This document shows positions 37,304 through 47,676 of a stretch of DNA of 64,000 bases, piece after piece; within the stretch, counting starts at the first letter, position 1, and each line of letters begins with the position of its first letter. The translations under genes were made by a program, and so were the position numbers. The notes under the pieces are model-generated. The model was not told where the DNA came from and ran no database searches. It saw only the letters and a list, made by a program, of their open reading frames with translations. This DNA comes from a virus (Duplodnaviria > Heunggongvirae > Uroviricota > Caudoviricetes): the IMG/VR virus record IMGVR_UViG_2667527770_000005, positions 14,376-78,375 of that record. The stretch is one strand, 5' to 3'.

Positions 37304-38302
37304 TTATCCGTTACCGCGCGACGGTTTCTGCGTGATAAACGTCTCAAGCATCTTTTCCGCAATTGCCGACCAGGTGTGACACTGGACCTTTTCAGCATTT
37401 TTCACGCGATCAACGCGAGCAATAACCTCATCCCAATCAATCCGCGACTTGATAACCATATGGTTCACCAAAGCCAGGCGATCTGGCGGAAGGCAATCGG
37501 GAGGCGTTAATACCAACGCCCCACACATTGCCGCCTCAAGAACAGTTAATCCAAGGCTTTCGGGATGCGTAACGATAAAAACGTCACTCTTACGCAATTC
37601 AGCTGCAAATTCGGTTGCTGGCACCGGCGTCCGCCTGTATGGAGTTACCGAAATATTCCCCGGATCAATGGTAACCAATCCGTCATCAGTCAACGTTCTG
37701 GCCTCATACGGAACGGTCAGACGCTGAAGGTTCATAAGGATACTTAAGGAGTGATCAAAACCACTAACATCAAATGCAGCGTGGTCTACAAAAATACGCA
37801 GAACATCGTCCGTTTTGGTTTCCAGATGGAACAGCTCCTGATTCGCTGCCCATCCAACATGTTTGTTAAAGCGATTATGACGTTCTAACCGACCGGGATT
37901 ATCCAGGTACCGCCAGGTATCATCGCGGACAGTAAAAGTAATATCGACTGGTGCCGAATCCAGCATAGAACCGTCATATACCTGGGCTACCCATCCAGAG
38001 AATCGGCGACACAGTTGCATGCCTATTTCCCTGGGTACCGTAGTAAAATACCTCAATCCTGGTGCCAAAATGGCCTTCGCAGAACATGCTGTCGCAGCAG
38101 TCAACACAGCTTCAACATAATCCTCGGGGCTTTCGACGCCAGGGGAATATGGACGATGGTATTGCAATGTTACCCCTGCCTCACTAAAGGCGCAGGCCAG
38201 GTTATAAGACCACATTTCCGTATATGTTTTCACATCACTGATGGCTGCAAATTTTCGCCCAATGATCAGGATGTTCATCGGCTTTTCCTCATTCCATTGC
38301 AT
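37304..38302 (-). CDS. glycosyltransferase family 1-like (GT-B) protein, 332 aa, co-transcribed downstream of ban
   Basis: C-terminal E..ESLGLTVLEAAMCGALVLTP motif resembling GT1 EX7E; ATG overlaps ban stop. Confidence 0.5.
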   Translation of the reverse strand: MQWNEEKPMNILIIGRKFAAISDVKTYTEMWSYNLACAFSEAGVTLQYHRPYSPGVESPEDYVEAVLTAATACSAKAILAPGLRYFTTVPREIGMQLCRRFSGWVAQVYDGSMLDSAPVDITFTVRDDTWRYLDNPGRLERHNRFNKHVGWAANQELFHLETKTDDVLRIFVDHAAFDVSGFDHSLSILMNLQRLTVPYEARTLTDDGLVTIDPGNISVTPYRRTPVPATEFAAELRKSDVFIVTHPESLGLTVLEAAMCGALVLTPPDCLPPDRLALVNHMVIKSRIDWDEVIARVDRVKNAEKVQCHTWSAIAEKMLETFITQKPSRGNG

Positions 38303-39666
38303 TAATAATCCTCTTGCCAGTCAGCACCGGCATAGTTATCAAACCGTGAGTATTGGCCGTTAAAAGCCAATCTCACCGTGCCAATTGGGCCATTTCGTTG
38401 CTTTCCGATAATTACCTCGGCAATGCCCTTCATTTCGCTATCCGGGTGATAAACTTCGTCGCGATACAGAAACATAATCAGGTCTGCGTCCTGCTCAATT
38501 GCTCCTGATTCACGTAAATCTGAATTTACCGGTCGTTTGTCCGCACGCTGTTCAAGCGATCGATTAAGTTGTGACAATGCCACCACCGGTACTTGTAATT
38601 CCTTCGCCAACGCCTTCAGTGAGCGAGAAATCTCGGCAATTTCCAGCGTTCGGTTATCTTGCAGCTCGGGGACGCGCATAAGTTGCAGGTAGTCGATCAT
38701 AATCATGCTCAAACCACCATTTTCTTTATAAACACGACGAGCGCGGGAACGAAGCTCTGTAGGTGTCAGGGCGCTTGAGTCATCAATAAAAATATTCTGC
38801 TTGTCCAACAGAATCCCCATTGCGCCAGAAACCCGCGCCCAATCATCGTCGTTAAGTTGCCCCGTTCTAATACGAGTCTGATCAACGCGTGCAAGAGAAG
38901 CCAGTGAGCGCATCATCAGCTGGTGGCTCGGCATCTCAAGGCTAAAAACCAATACGGGCTTATCGTTACGAACTGCAGCATTTTCGACGAGATTCATCGC
39001 AAACGTGGTCTTCCCCATAGATGGGCGGGCGGCGACAATGATGAGATCGGACGGCTGAAGCCCTGCCGTCTTCTTATTGAGATCGGTAAATCCCGTATCA
39101 AGCCCCGTTACACCATCATGTGGTCGCTGAAACAACTCTTCTATGCGAGATACCGTTGCATCGAGAATGCTGGCGATATCTTTTGGACCACTACCGCTCT
39201 TTTGTCGTTTTTCAGCTATTTCAAAAACGCGGCGCTCGGCCATATCCAGCAATTCATTGCTGCCCCTGCCATCCTGCGCATATCCAGCTTCGGCTATTTC
39301 ATTTGCGACGGAAATCATTTCACGAACAACCGCGCGTTCACGAACGATATCCGCATAAGCACAAATATTTGCCGCGCTGGGCGTGTTCTTTGACATCTCC
39401 GCAAGGTACGCAAAACCACCGGCGCGTTCTAATTTACCGTTCTGTTCAAGTGCTTCAGCAAGTGTTATCAAATCAATCGGTTTGCCATGACTTAATAACC
39501 TCTCCATCGCACTGAAAATTTCACGATGAGCACTGGTATAAAAATCATCAGTAACTATACGATCTGCAACTTCATCCCAGCGGCAGTTATCAAGCATTAA
39601 GCCACCAAGTACAGCTTGTTCTGCACTAAGGGAATTTGGCATGGATTCAAGAGGGGATGCAGACAT
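38302..39666 (-). CDS. ban: Ban replicative DNA helicase (DnaB family), 454 aa
   Basis: Walker A ARPSMGKTTFAMN; DnaB N-terminal domain; ATG at 39666 with GGAG (track ORF starts at GTG 39672). Confidence 0.95.
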   Translation of the reverse strand: MSASPLESMPNSLSAEQAVLGGLMLDNCRWDEVADRIVTDDFYTSAHREIFSAMERLLSHGKPIDLITLAEALEQNGKLERAGGFAYLAEMSKNTPSAANICAYADIVRERAVVREMISVANEIAEAGYAQDGRGSNELLDMAERRVFEIAEKRQKSGSGPKDIASILDATVSRIEELFQRPHDGVTGLDTGFTDLNKKTAGLQPSDLIIVAARPSMGKTTFAMNLVENAAVRNDKPVLVFSLEMPSHQLMMRSLASLARVDQTRIRTGQLNDDDWARVSGAMGILLDKQNIFIDDSSALTPTELRSRARRVYKENGGLSMIMIDYLQLMRVPELQDNRTLEIAEISRSLKALAKELQVPVVALSQLNRSLEQRADKRPVNSDLRESGAIEQDADLIMFLYRDEVYHPDSEMKGIAEVIIGKQRNGPIGTVRLAFNGQYSRFDNYAGADWQEDY

Positions 39667-39946
39667 TAGCACTCCACCCAGGCGTGCTGAATGTCAGATA
39701 TAATCGGCATACTCAAATCACTCCTAACGATATGAGTCATCACCAGAAAATCAGGATTAATTCGCCGGACTCTTCCCGGCTGTCACACCGAATCGCCAAG
39801 ATGGTGAATCCGCAGTCCGACGCTATGAACGGGGCTTGCACATTCCGGCTACCTGGTTTGTTGCCTGAGCTAGGGGAAAGGTTACCCCTTTAACGTCACC
39901 AGACCGCTAACGACGCATGTGCCAGACGCCGTGTTACAACCAAATA

Positions 39947-40022
39947 TGGTGGCCCCTACCGGACTTGAACCGGTGACCGTGCGATTATGAGTCGCCAGCT
40001 CTAACCACTGAGCTAAAGGGCC
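39947..40022 (-). tRNA. tRNA with CAT anticodon (Met, or Ile if lysidine-modified), encoded CCA
   Basis: Hand-folded cloverleaf: acceptor GGCCCTT/AGGGGCC, D arm GCTC..GAGC, loop CTCATAA, T arm ACCGG-TTCAAGT-CCGGT. Confidence 0.85.
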
Positions 40023-40049
40023 GGATTACTGCCAATTTTGCTTACGCTT

Positions 40050-40877
40050 TTATTTCACCGGAACAAACGGAACAGCGGTATTACTGGTCATATACTGCGG
40101 TAATGTACCGTTCCATTTGTTGATCGCTTCCAACTCCATAACACCGGGGTTCTGGCGCAGAGCTTCACCACGTAAACGAATGGCATCAGCTTCGGCCTGG
40201 GCTTTTGTGCGAATAGCATCAGCCTGTCCGGCAGCTTCCGCGCGCAGCATGTTGGCCTCTGCTTCACGTTGTTTGACCTCTTGCTCGCGTTGCAGGGTTT
40301 TTTGGTTTGCCGTGACTTTGGCGTTAATACTGTCAATAACTGTTGGCGGGTATTCTGGCTTACCTACATAAGAGAGGCTCATCACCTGAATGCCGATTGG
40401 CGTCATTTCTTCCTGAATGTCTTTAAGGGCTGCATCAAGCAATTCGGATTTGCCACCGTCGATAAATTTGTCGGTTGTCATTTTGCTGGCTAACCGGTTC
40501 AGAGCATCTGCAACCTTCTGGCGTAGATCGGTATCAGTAATATCATCTACACCTTTGCGATAGGTCTGAAATACCGTTGTGACTTTTGCTGGATCAACCT
40601 TGTAGGCTACGCCGATGTGGTAACCAATGGTTGTTCCGTCGCTCATCTGGAAGCTGAACAGCTCATCGTATGTCTTCATTTGCTTAAAGGTCGGGAAGAT
40701 ATAAACTTCAGTATTCAAGCCTGTCCAGTAGCGACCAACGCCAACTACTTCACCGATACCTTTATCATCCCCCAGCTTATTTACTTTGATCCCTACGTTA
40801 CCTGGCTCTACCCGATCGCATCCGGTCAGACATAAAGAACCCAAAATAATCGCTGCACTAATCAACGTTTTTTTCAT
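40050..40877 (-). CDS. SPFH/band-7 (prohibitin-like) lipoprotein, 275 aa
   Basis: Signal peptide with lipobox LTGC; SPFH-like core followed by coiled coil. Confidence 0.65.
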   Translation of the reverse strand: MKKTLISAAIILGSLCLTGCDRVEPGNVGIKVNKLGDDKGIGEVVGVGRYWTGLNTEVYIFPTFKQMKTYDELFSFQMSDGTTIGYHIGVAYKVDPAKVTTVFQTYRKGVDDITDTDLRQKVADALNRLASKMTTDKFIDGGKSELLDAALKDIQEEMTPIGIQVMSLSYVGKPEYPPTVIDSINAKVTANQKTLQREQEVKQREAEANMLRAEAAGQADAIRTKAQAEADAIRLRGEALRQNPGVMELEAINKWNGTLPQYMTSNTAVPFVPVK

Positions 40878-41094
40878 TAATTAATTTCCTGGTTTTTTCA
40901 CGAAAAAAGACTACTGCGAAAGCTGGGTAAATGAGCGCGAGAAGGACTCCCAACAATACAAGTATTGTGCTGTTAGATGAGATCATATTTGGCAAAAGCC
41001 AAACATACAGAACCAGTGACACAATCAAACAGAGGACGGCATAAATATATAACCGCACCCATAGCGTTCGACATTTGTTCGGATTGTTCTGCAT
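40858..41094 (-). CDS. small two-TM membrane protein, 78 aa, partner of SPFH protein
   Basis: Overlaps SPFH gene start; hydrophobic. Confidence 0.45.
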   Translation of the reverse strand: MQNNPNKCRTLWVRLYIYAVLCLIVSLVLYVWLLPNMISSNSTILVLLGVLLALIYPAFAVVFFREKTRKLINEKNVD

Positions 41095-41237
41095 CCTCTC
41101 ACTCCATTATTTAACGAATAAAAAAGCTGCGGTGCCGGGTGCCTCCCGGTGTCCTTTGGCTGGTTATCCACCGTGGACGGGGAAACAAGGAGAAATGAAT
41201 GTACTGATATAACCATTTCCCCGCGTGCGCTTAGCCG

Positions 41238-41580
41238 CATTCACCGCAACGGAAAGAGCATTCTTGGTGGACCTGTAGATTGGGATATGAACCCGTTACA
41301 GGAGAATGCTCTTACCTGTTACGTGCTCCGTTTCGTGGAGCTAACGGCGGGTGATCGGGCCGCACCAGACTGGACTTATTTCAGCGTTATGCTCATGCCA
41401 GAGAATCAAACTGTGATGGTCGGTGCTGAACTCCGACACAGGGTTGTAGCAAGCCCCGCAAAGCGCGCACTACTGTAGTTGCGGCACATCAGCCTGTGCA
41501 TTCACCACAATGTTGAGAACACTGGTTGTCACGCTGCAACGCAACATTTATTCATAGATTGGGATATGACCCCGTTACGC
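41238..41580. repeat. duplicated about 60-80 bp module (GCATTCACC..TAGATTGGGATATGA(A/C)CCCGTTAC) plus 17-bp inverted repeat AATGTTGAGAACACTGG/CCAGTGTTCTCAACGTT
   Basis: Copies at 41238..41300 and 41498..41580 read directly. Confidence 0.7.
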
Positions 41581-41826
41581 CAGTGTTCTCAACGTTGTAG
41601 TGCCGGTTACGGTTCCGGCCAGGCCTCTTCCTCAACGGGGTGTTCTCCATACGGACTACCGTTTATTGGTCGTTCCTGCGGTTTATGTTGTGAAGCCAGA
41701 TGCTTATCTTCTGGTTGCTTCAAAGAGCTGCACTTCATCACAACGGTAAGGGTACTTCGTAGGGATTCGAACCCTCTGCCAAGCACGGCGATCTCCGACG
41801 TCGCAAAATACCCTTACCTGTTGTGT

Positions 41827-41903
41827 TGGTGCCGGTTAACGGACTCGAACCGCTGACATCCTGCTTACAAGGCAGGCACTCTACCAACTGAGCTAAACCG
41901 GCA
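41827..41903 (-). tRNA. tRNA-Thr (TGT)
   Basis: Hand-folded: anticodon stem CCTGC/GCAGG, loop CTTGTAA, T arm GCGGTTCGAGTCCGT, encoded CCA. Confidence 0.88.
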
Positions 41904-41906
41904 ATT

Positions 41907-41993
41907 TGGTGGGGAGTGATGGAGTCGAACCACCCGAGTCGCAATGACAGTAGATTTACAGTCTCCCCCGCTACCTCTACGGACTAACTCCCC
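41907..41993 (-). tRNA. class II tRNA, probable tRNA-Tyr (GTA)
   Basis: 87 nt, long variable arm, loop CTGTAAA, T loop TTCGACT, encoded CCA. Confidence 0.7.
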
Positions 41994-41998
41994 TAAAT

Positions 41999-42073
41999 TG
42001 GCGATGGTGGGTGGATTCGAACCACCGACCAGTTGGTTAACAGCCAACTGCTCTACCGCTGAGCTACACCATC
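41999..42073 (-). tRNA. tRNA-Asn (GTT)
   Basis: Acceptor GATGGTG/CACCATC, loop CTGTTAA, T arm GGTGG-TTCGAAT-CCACC, encoded CCA. Confidence 0.88.
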
Positions 42074-42732
42074 ACTTGCCGGGTACGTCTCCGGCGAGGG
42101 CTTCCACCTCCGTATGCTTTTCGGCGCACCGCGCCCTGGTTGCAATTCGGTAACAGGGGATGCATAACCCTGGCTTCCAGCGTGATTAGCGCTTTCAGCA
42201 TGACGGGATATACCCGTAAATTCGTGGAACTGTACCCAAAGTGCTGTTAAGCACCGCTGTTACGCTGAAAAGAAGACGCAACAGGAAAGGACGCTGACCA
42301 ACAGATGGCCCCTTCTCGTTCATCTGGTTAATCACACCAGCGCCCTTACCTGTTGTGCCTCCCCGTTCCCTAATACACAGACGGGGACACTCTGCGGTCG
42401 ATTTTTTGACGGGGGACGACTCATACCCCGTGGCATCTGGCTTCTTAGGCCGCTACCATCATCAGATCATCGTTTGCATTTACTTTAATGGTCAGTTTCT
42501 AAACCGCCGCAAAGTCGCTAACCATGACGAAAACCCTGAAAAAAACGCCCACCCGAAGATGGGCAAACTGGAAGCTCGTAACGCACTTCGGTGTTGCCAC
42601 TTAGGCGTATGGTCAACCTGGCAACTCGGCGTCATGATGGGGAAGGAGTCACTACCCCGCCATACTTGCCGCCGCGCCTGTCGCGGCTAACAGCTAAATC
42701 GCTCTATAAATCACGATTCATTGAGTCGATAT

Positions 42733-42763
42733 TACACTAATAAATTTATTAGAGCAATATGGC
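42733..42763. promoter_or_regulatory. tandem/overlapping C1 operators upstream (minus strand) of the tRNA-SPFH-ban transcription unit
   Basis: ACACTAATAAATTTATTAGAGCAATATGG contains two Op matches. Confidence 0.6.
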
Positions 42764-45700
42764 TATAACGTCATGAGCAACACCTCGAGTGTCTCCCTTA
42801 CAAGACACAGAACGTCTGGCAAAAAGAGGTTCCACTCTGAAGCCACTGTCATGATAAAGCTCTCTGATGTTTGGCGCGCCACTGTTAGTAATGAGAACTT
42901 TTGCACCTCGACGATGAGCATCCGTCAACAGAGACACCAGGCGTTTTTGCTCTTCAAACTTAAAGTCATGACCGGAATAGTTCGTGAATCCCTCTGTATT
43001 TGGAAGCGGTTCATACGGCGGATCGCAAAAGATGACATCTCCTTCTCCGGAAGCTTCAATCACCGCTGCAAAATCACCGCATACAAACTCAGACCGCCCT
43101 TCCGCACCGAGGAAGGCTTCCATCTCCTGTAATGGGAAATACGGAGTTTTATACTTCCCATAACCGACATTGAACTCACCGGCCTGGTTGTAACGCGTCA
43201 ATCCGTTAAAACAATGTCGGTTCAGGAACAAAAACGCCGCTGCGCGATGTAAATCATCATAGACTTGTTTGTTAAACGCATTCCGTACTGCCAGGTATCC
43301 TTCCTGTGTGTTGTAGTCCTGGAAGAAACGATGTGCCAGAGTGATAAGTGAATGCGCCTCGCGTTGCAGAGTCTTGTAAAAGTTAATCAGGTCAGCATTC
43401 ACATCATTTAGCAGATTTTCCTGGTATCCGGCATTCATGAAGACAGCTCCGCCACCAACGAAAGGTTCAATCAGGCGCTTCCCTTCTGGCAAATAGCGAA
43501 AGATTTGTTCCAGAACACCAAATTTTCCACCAGCCCATTTGAATATGGACCGTTCGAATTCTGTCGCTGGTTTAACTTTTCGCTCTTTTGTTTCACTTCC
43601 TTCTTTCTGCCGACATACGGCCTTAGTAATCCGATCGCCAATCCAGCGCATTACTGGTATTGCCATACTATTGCCGATCGCTTTGTAACGCGGTCCGTCA
43701 GCTGCAAGCATCGCGGCCTCTTCTTCGCTTAAATCTGGATAGTGATTGCGGAGATATGCCAGTTCATCTGAATTAACTTTTTTACGCTTTTCCGTCGGGA
43801 TCAACGTATGCCCATCAGGAAAACCTTGCAGCCTTTCACATTCGACAGGGGTAAGACGGCGGACAGCTACTTCTGCGTTTCTTACTTCATAGCAAACAGC
43901 TGTTGGATTTTTAGCCATTAGAGATGGTGAAGTATTCTTAGTTGCAGCATGTTGTGTACCGCTCATACGCTCAGGAAAAGCCAATGTAACAAGATGCTCA
44001 TGGCTTTCTTGCTCACGTGCCCGCAATGTACCATGCCCTTCTGACCAAAAACCTGCTCCTGTGCTGCTAAAAACGGCAAGGTCAGTGGCATCTTTAAAAT
44101 CTCTTGCCTTTACTGTCGATGCGGTTTCATCGTCAATATATTCCCCAAATGCCGCCATCCTGAAACCGTTTACGGCTTTCGTCGATTTCATACCGGGAGA
44201 CATGCCAGCGTGTAGGCATGGATTTAGGCTTTCGCCACTGATTGCAGCGCCATTTGCAATAATGGCGGAAGCGATTTCCTTCTTTTTTCGGCTCGGCGCA
44301 ATATTCCGGCGCACGCCTTCGAACTCAAAAAGTACCGTTGCGGGATCGAGGTCTGTTCGAGCACTTGCGACAACAAACACGCGTCGGCGTCGTTGTGCCA
44401 CTCCGAAGTATTGGGCATCAAGGATTCTCCAGGCCACCTTTCGCTGCGGTCCATAAATACAACCACACTGCGGCCACTTTGGAACATGGCAACCGGTTTT
44501 GCCATCCCACCGCCAGAACGCGTTGCTTTTTCCTGATTCAGGTCGATCACCTGGTTCAAATGGCACATCTTCTCCAGCCAATCCGGCAAGGAAACATCCG
44601 AAGGCGTTATCTGCCAATGACAAGACTCCTGGGACATTTTCCCAGACGATAACGGCTGGTTTGAGAAATGACTCAGCCCGTTTGTCGTCAATTGCATTTG
44701 CAAGCTCCACATACTTTAAAGTTAGCGCGCCACGCTCATCATCAAGCCCACCACGTAATCCCGCGATACTGAATGCCTGACAGTTATGGACCACCGCACC
44801 ATTGAGGATATAGGAATGATCACCTTCGACTTCTATGTTGTATACAGTATCTAGGCCTACCGATTTAAACTCTTTGACTGTTCGTAAAAGCATTCCATGA
44901 GCCAATCTTGATTTACGTGACAATTTCTGCGGGCAGATTGTTACCTGATAATAATCCCGTTGATTTACCACGCGATCCTCGATCACTTTTTTGGGCTCAA
45001 CTTCAATAAAGCTGACCGAAGAAACATAACCACAAGTCTGTGACAACCCCGCAACGCCCCAAGCAAGCGCAGGACTAACACTATTAATTCTAAATCCCGC
45101 TTTACCACTTGGTGTCCCATCAGTATCAAGATAGCCTTGTAAAAACACATGACGCAATGGATGCGACATCACCCATGCAGGGATACGTTTAGCATGGCTT
45201 AACTCGCCAAAATGTTCATTAAGCCAATTGGCATAACACGTATCATTCAAGGTTACTTTGATGCTCCCTCGGATTTCGCTTGCCACGGAAAACATGTTTT
45301 CTGGTATGTGGCAATGAAACTTTCTCAATTTCTGGCAATTTATGCCAAAAACAACCGCCTTCTTAGATTTACCTCTCCATCTCCTAATATATCCATCGCC
45401 TACATAAGCGCCCGCAAGATACATAGCCTGTTCTTCAGACAAGAACCGAGAACAAATATCTGGAGATGCAATATTGAAATTAGTTAGAGCGCACCATTGA
45501 TATCCCGGCATATCACATGCTGCTCGCCATTCCGGTTCAGACAACAACTCTCTCTTAAAATATGTGCCATTTTTCCGGGTGTTTTGGGCTTTCCACCGAA
45601 CAGCCAGGAAGGGATGGTCATTGGTTGTTCTTATACCTAAAGGCTGCCCAACGGCATTAAGTAACCCCGTATTAGCTATTTTTGAACCAACTCTTTTTAC

Positions 45701-46036
45701 TTGTTGTAACCGCCCGAGATGACTGACTACGTAATCGCCAGGGCAAACATCTTCTATTGGTTTATAACCATTTTTACAAAGAACCATATGCCCCGCGGTA
45801 AAACATGGTGTTCCCCCGACGAGCACGTCAGGGGATTCGATTTCCCCAGCCAAGACTTTTTTGGCAAGTTTTGTCATGTCGCCAAGGTTGGCGACATGGG
45901 GCCAGCGGAGCGCAAGAACGGCAGATGGAAAAGGCTCGATTTCAGCAAACCACGCCGGACGCATACCCAACGGTTCCCAGGCAATACTCGCGGCTTCAAT
46001 TCCACTGCAAACAGATCCGTAGCACAGCTCTTTCAC
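42749..46036 (-). CDS. dmt: Dmt bifunctional DNA methyltransferase (N-terminal C5-cytosine MTase, C-terminal Dam-like N6-adenine MTase) interrupted by an intein; 1095-aa precursor
   Basis: C5-MTase motifs (CSGIEA, ENV in VIVWENVPG, split PC|QAFSIAG); Dam motifs ([39 protein letters not shown]); GTG start overlapping hrdC stop. Confidence 0.9.
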   Translation of the reverse strand: MKELCYGSVCSGIEAASIAWEPLGMRPAWFAEIEPFPSAVLALRWPHVANLGDMTKLAKKVLAGEIESPDVLVGGTPCFTAGHMVLCKNGYKPIEDVCPGDYVVSHLGRLQQVKRVGSKIANTGLLNAVGQPLGIRTTNDHPFLAVRWKAQNTRKNGTYFKRELLSEPEWRAACDMPGYQWCALTNFNIASPDICSRFLSEEQAMYLAGAYVGDGYIRRWRGKSKKAVVFGINCQKLRKFHCHIPENMFSVASEIRGSIKVTLNDTCYANWLNEHFGELSHAKRIPAWVMSHPLRHVFLQGYLDTDGTPSGKAGFRINSVSPALAWGVAGLSQTCGYVSSVSFIEVEPKKVIEDRVVNQRDYYQVTICPQKLSRKSRLAHGMLLRTVKEFKSVGLDTVYNIEVEGDHSYILNGAVVHNCQAFSIAGLRGGLDDERGALTLKYVELANAIDDKRAESFLKPAVIVWENVPGVLSLADNAFGCFLAGLAGEDVPFEPGDRPESGKSNAFWRWDGKTGCHVPKWPQCGCIYGPQRKVAWRILDAQYFGVAQRRRRVFVVASARTDLDPATVLFEFEGVRRNIAPSRKKKEIASAIIANGAAISGESLNPCLHAGMSPGMKSTKAVNGFRMAAFGEYIDDETASTVKARDFKDATDLAVFSSTGAGFWSEGHGTLRAREQESHEHLVTLAFPERMSGTQHAATKNTSPSLMAKNPTAVCYEVRNAEVAVRRLTPVECERLQGFPDGHTLIPTEKRKKVNSDELAYLRNHYPDLSEEEAAMLAADGPRYKAIGNSMAIPVMRWIGDRITKAVCRQKEGSETKERKVKPATEFERSIFKWAGGKFGVLEQIFRYLPEGKRLIEPFVGGGAVFMNAGYQENLLNDVNADLINFYKTLQREAHSLITLAHRFFQDYNTQEGYLAVRNAFNKQVYDDLHRAAAFLFLNRHCFNGLTRYNQAGEFNVGYGKYKTPYFPLQEMEAFLGAEGRSEFVCGDFAAVIEASGEGDVIFCDPPYEPLPNTEGFTNYSGHDFKFEEQKRLVSLLTDAHRRGAKVLITNSGAPNIRELYHDSGFRVEPLFARRSVSCKGDTRGVAHDVIAILL
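44783..45805 (-). mobile_element. intein (341 aa) with LAGLIDADG homing endonuclease, inserted in motif IV (PCQ) of the C5-MTase domain
   Basis: Begins Cys (CFTAGHMV), ends VVHN, followed by Cys (+1) of CQAFS; two LAGLIDADG motifs ([24 protein letters not shown]); excision restores [12 protein letters not shown] and a 754-aa host protein. Confidence 0.85.
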
Positions 46037-46941
46037 TGCTTAGCCTCTCCGCCAAGGGCATTTACCAGAGCATCAACCAGGCACGAAATTTCACTGGTCA
46101 ACAGGAAGAAATCTGCGTCCAGTCGCTGCGCAACATCTTCACTATCAATATCAGCGTTCTGCTCAAGCAATTCATCCGCAAATTTGACGCTGGTAAGGCT
46201 GAAGTTATGGTCCAGTGTAAATTTAATGCGGTTCTGCCAGTCGAGTGCCAACTTAGTGACGAGCTTGCCAGCTTCCAGGTGTGTGGATATTTCATCACTT
46301 CCCAAGTCCTGCTTTTTCACTCGGGCAATACCGCCATCCTCAAGCACTGCCTTAAGTTCTGCCGCATCCCCCATTTGAAATCCCTGCGGAGCACTACCAT
46401 CACGCACCCAGTCGGTCAGCGTTAACTCAATTTGATTTTCAACACTTAGGGGCACAACAGGAAGAGAACCCAGAGATTTACGCATAAGCGCGAGCATATC
46501 CTCTGCCTGTCGCGCGCTGGCATTGATATAGATACGTTTAGTTGAACCGTCGTAGATCGCCTGGATAACAGAAAACTTTGAAAAAGCCCGTGGCAGAAGA
46601 GAATGCAGAACTTCGTCTTTCAGGGAGTCCTTCTCTGTTTTCTTCAGTTTACGCGCTTGTTCTTGCTCAAGTTTTTCAATTTTTTCTTGAATAGCTCGCT
46701 GGATAACCGGCGGGGGAAGAATTTTTGTTTCGCGCTTTGCTTCAACAAGGATAAAACCATTTCCATGCATAGCGATAACTTCGGAATTATCACCAAATGG
46801 AGATACAAAACCGAACTTGGCCATATCCTGACTACCGCATGGCGTGAAAAGGATCATTTTCTTTTTATCTTCTAAGTCGGTCAGATCCGCCTCACGAGAA
46901 AGTTTATAAATAGTAATGTTTTTCCAGTGCTTAAACATGTT
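46033..46941 (-). CDS. hrdC: HrdC, RdgC-like recombination-associated protein, about 302 aa
   Basis: RdgC-like N-terminus [13 protein letters not shown] at internal ATG; upstream of dmt as in P1. Confidence 0.8.
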   Translation of the reverse strand, partial: NMFKHWKNITIYKLSREADLTDLEDKKKMILFTPCGSQDMAKFGFVSPFGDNSEVIAMHGNGFILVEAKRETKILPPPVIQRAIQEKIEKLEQEQARKLKKTEKDSLKDEVLHSLLPRAFSKFSVIQAIYDGSTKRIYINASARQAEDMLALMRKSLGSLPVVPLSVENQIELTLTDWVRDGSAPQGFQMGDAAELKAVLEDGGIARVKKQDLGSDEISTHLEAGKLVTKLALDWQNRIKFTLDHNFSLTSVKFADELLEQNADIDSEDVAQRLDADFFLLTSEISCLVDALVNALGGEAKQ

Positions 46942-47215
46942 GTAACCCTTGAATATCAACCACAGAAAGCTCGTCTTTGTAGAAAAATGCCAGGTTGTGG
47001 CACCCCCTCGTTTGAGCGTATGAGCTGGGACCAATTTCGTTCTTCCAGACAAATGGCTTCAAATCCGTACGGCGAAGCATAAAAACGCGATTTGTTCCGC
47101 TCTGATTCCCAATGAGGCAAAAGCCTTCTTTCACCTTGATAGCCTGCAAGTTGTCGAGTTCACCGCTGGTTACACGGCTATCGAACTCTTTGCGACTTAT
47201 TAGCTCCATCTGCAT
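46931..47215 (-). CDS. small protein upstream of hrdC, about 94 aa
   Basis: Synteny (uhr position); start chosen at internal ATG. Confidence 0.4.
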   Translation of the reverse strand: MQMELISRKEFDSRVTSGELDNLQAIKVKEGFCLIGNQSGTNRVFMLRRTDLKPFVWKNEIGPSSYAQTRGCHNLAFFYKDELSVVDIQGLQHV

Positions 47216-47286
47216 CTGACGACTCCAAACAAATACCCATTGAAGGGCGATGGCTGAATGGTACCGAAAACAAGACATAAAAAACA

Positions 47287-47303
47287 ATATTTATTAGGGC
47301 AAT
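47287..47303. promoter_or_regulatory. C1 operator-like site (one mismatch) upstream of uhr-hrdC-dmt operon
   Basis: ATTTATTAGGGCAATTA. Confidence 0.5.
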
Positions 47304-47383
47304 TATGCAATAGTTGACGCCATGTAGACCACAAGTAACCTAAGTTAAAATAAAGAAAACCAGAGCAAATTATTGGTGATGCC

Positions 47384-47668
47384 GTGGCAAGTATTGCAAC
47401 AAAAGACAGCATTTGTTCGGGGCACGGAGGATTCCCATCCAGGCCTCCTGTAGAGAGTGAACCACTACTTAAAGTCAACGGAGTCGAAGTGTTAGTTGAT
47501 GGTAAGCAATATGCACAGCATACCGATGGAAACAGTACGCACGGTGGGCAAGCTATATCAACCAGGGCATGGTTTACCGTCAATAGTAAAGGGATCGTAT
47601 GCGTTGGTGACCCTGTTTCATGCGGATCTACCGTAGCGTCCGGAGACGGCCTGGTTCAGGTAAGTTAG
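47384..47668 (+). CDS. PAAR-like small protein, 94 aa
   Basis: Gly/Cys/His-rich pattern (CSGHGG ... VCVGDPVSCGS) resembling PAAR tip proteins; GTG start. Confidence 0.4.
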   Translation: MASIATKDSICSGHGGFPSRPPVESEPLLKVNGVEVLVDGKQYAQHTDGNSTHGGQAISTRAWFTVNSKGIVCVGDPVSCGSTVASGDGLVQVS

Positions 47669-47676
47669 GAGATATC

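Noticed and set aside
41479-42153. Track ORFs overlapping the tRNA cluster (41479..41856 plus strand, 41738..42047 minus strand, 41944..42153 plus strand)
   Set aside because: They overlap confidently folded tRNA genes and the repeat region; artefacts of tRNA sequence.
42355-42690. 111-aa plus-strand ORF in the tRNA operon leader
   Set aside because: No SD; lies in the promoter/leader between C1 operators and the tRNAs; wrong strand for the transcription unit.
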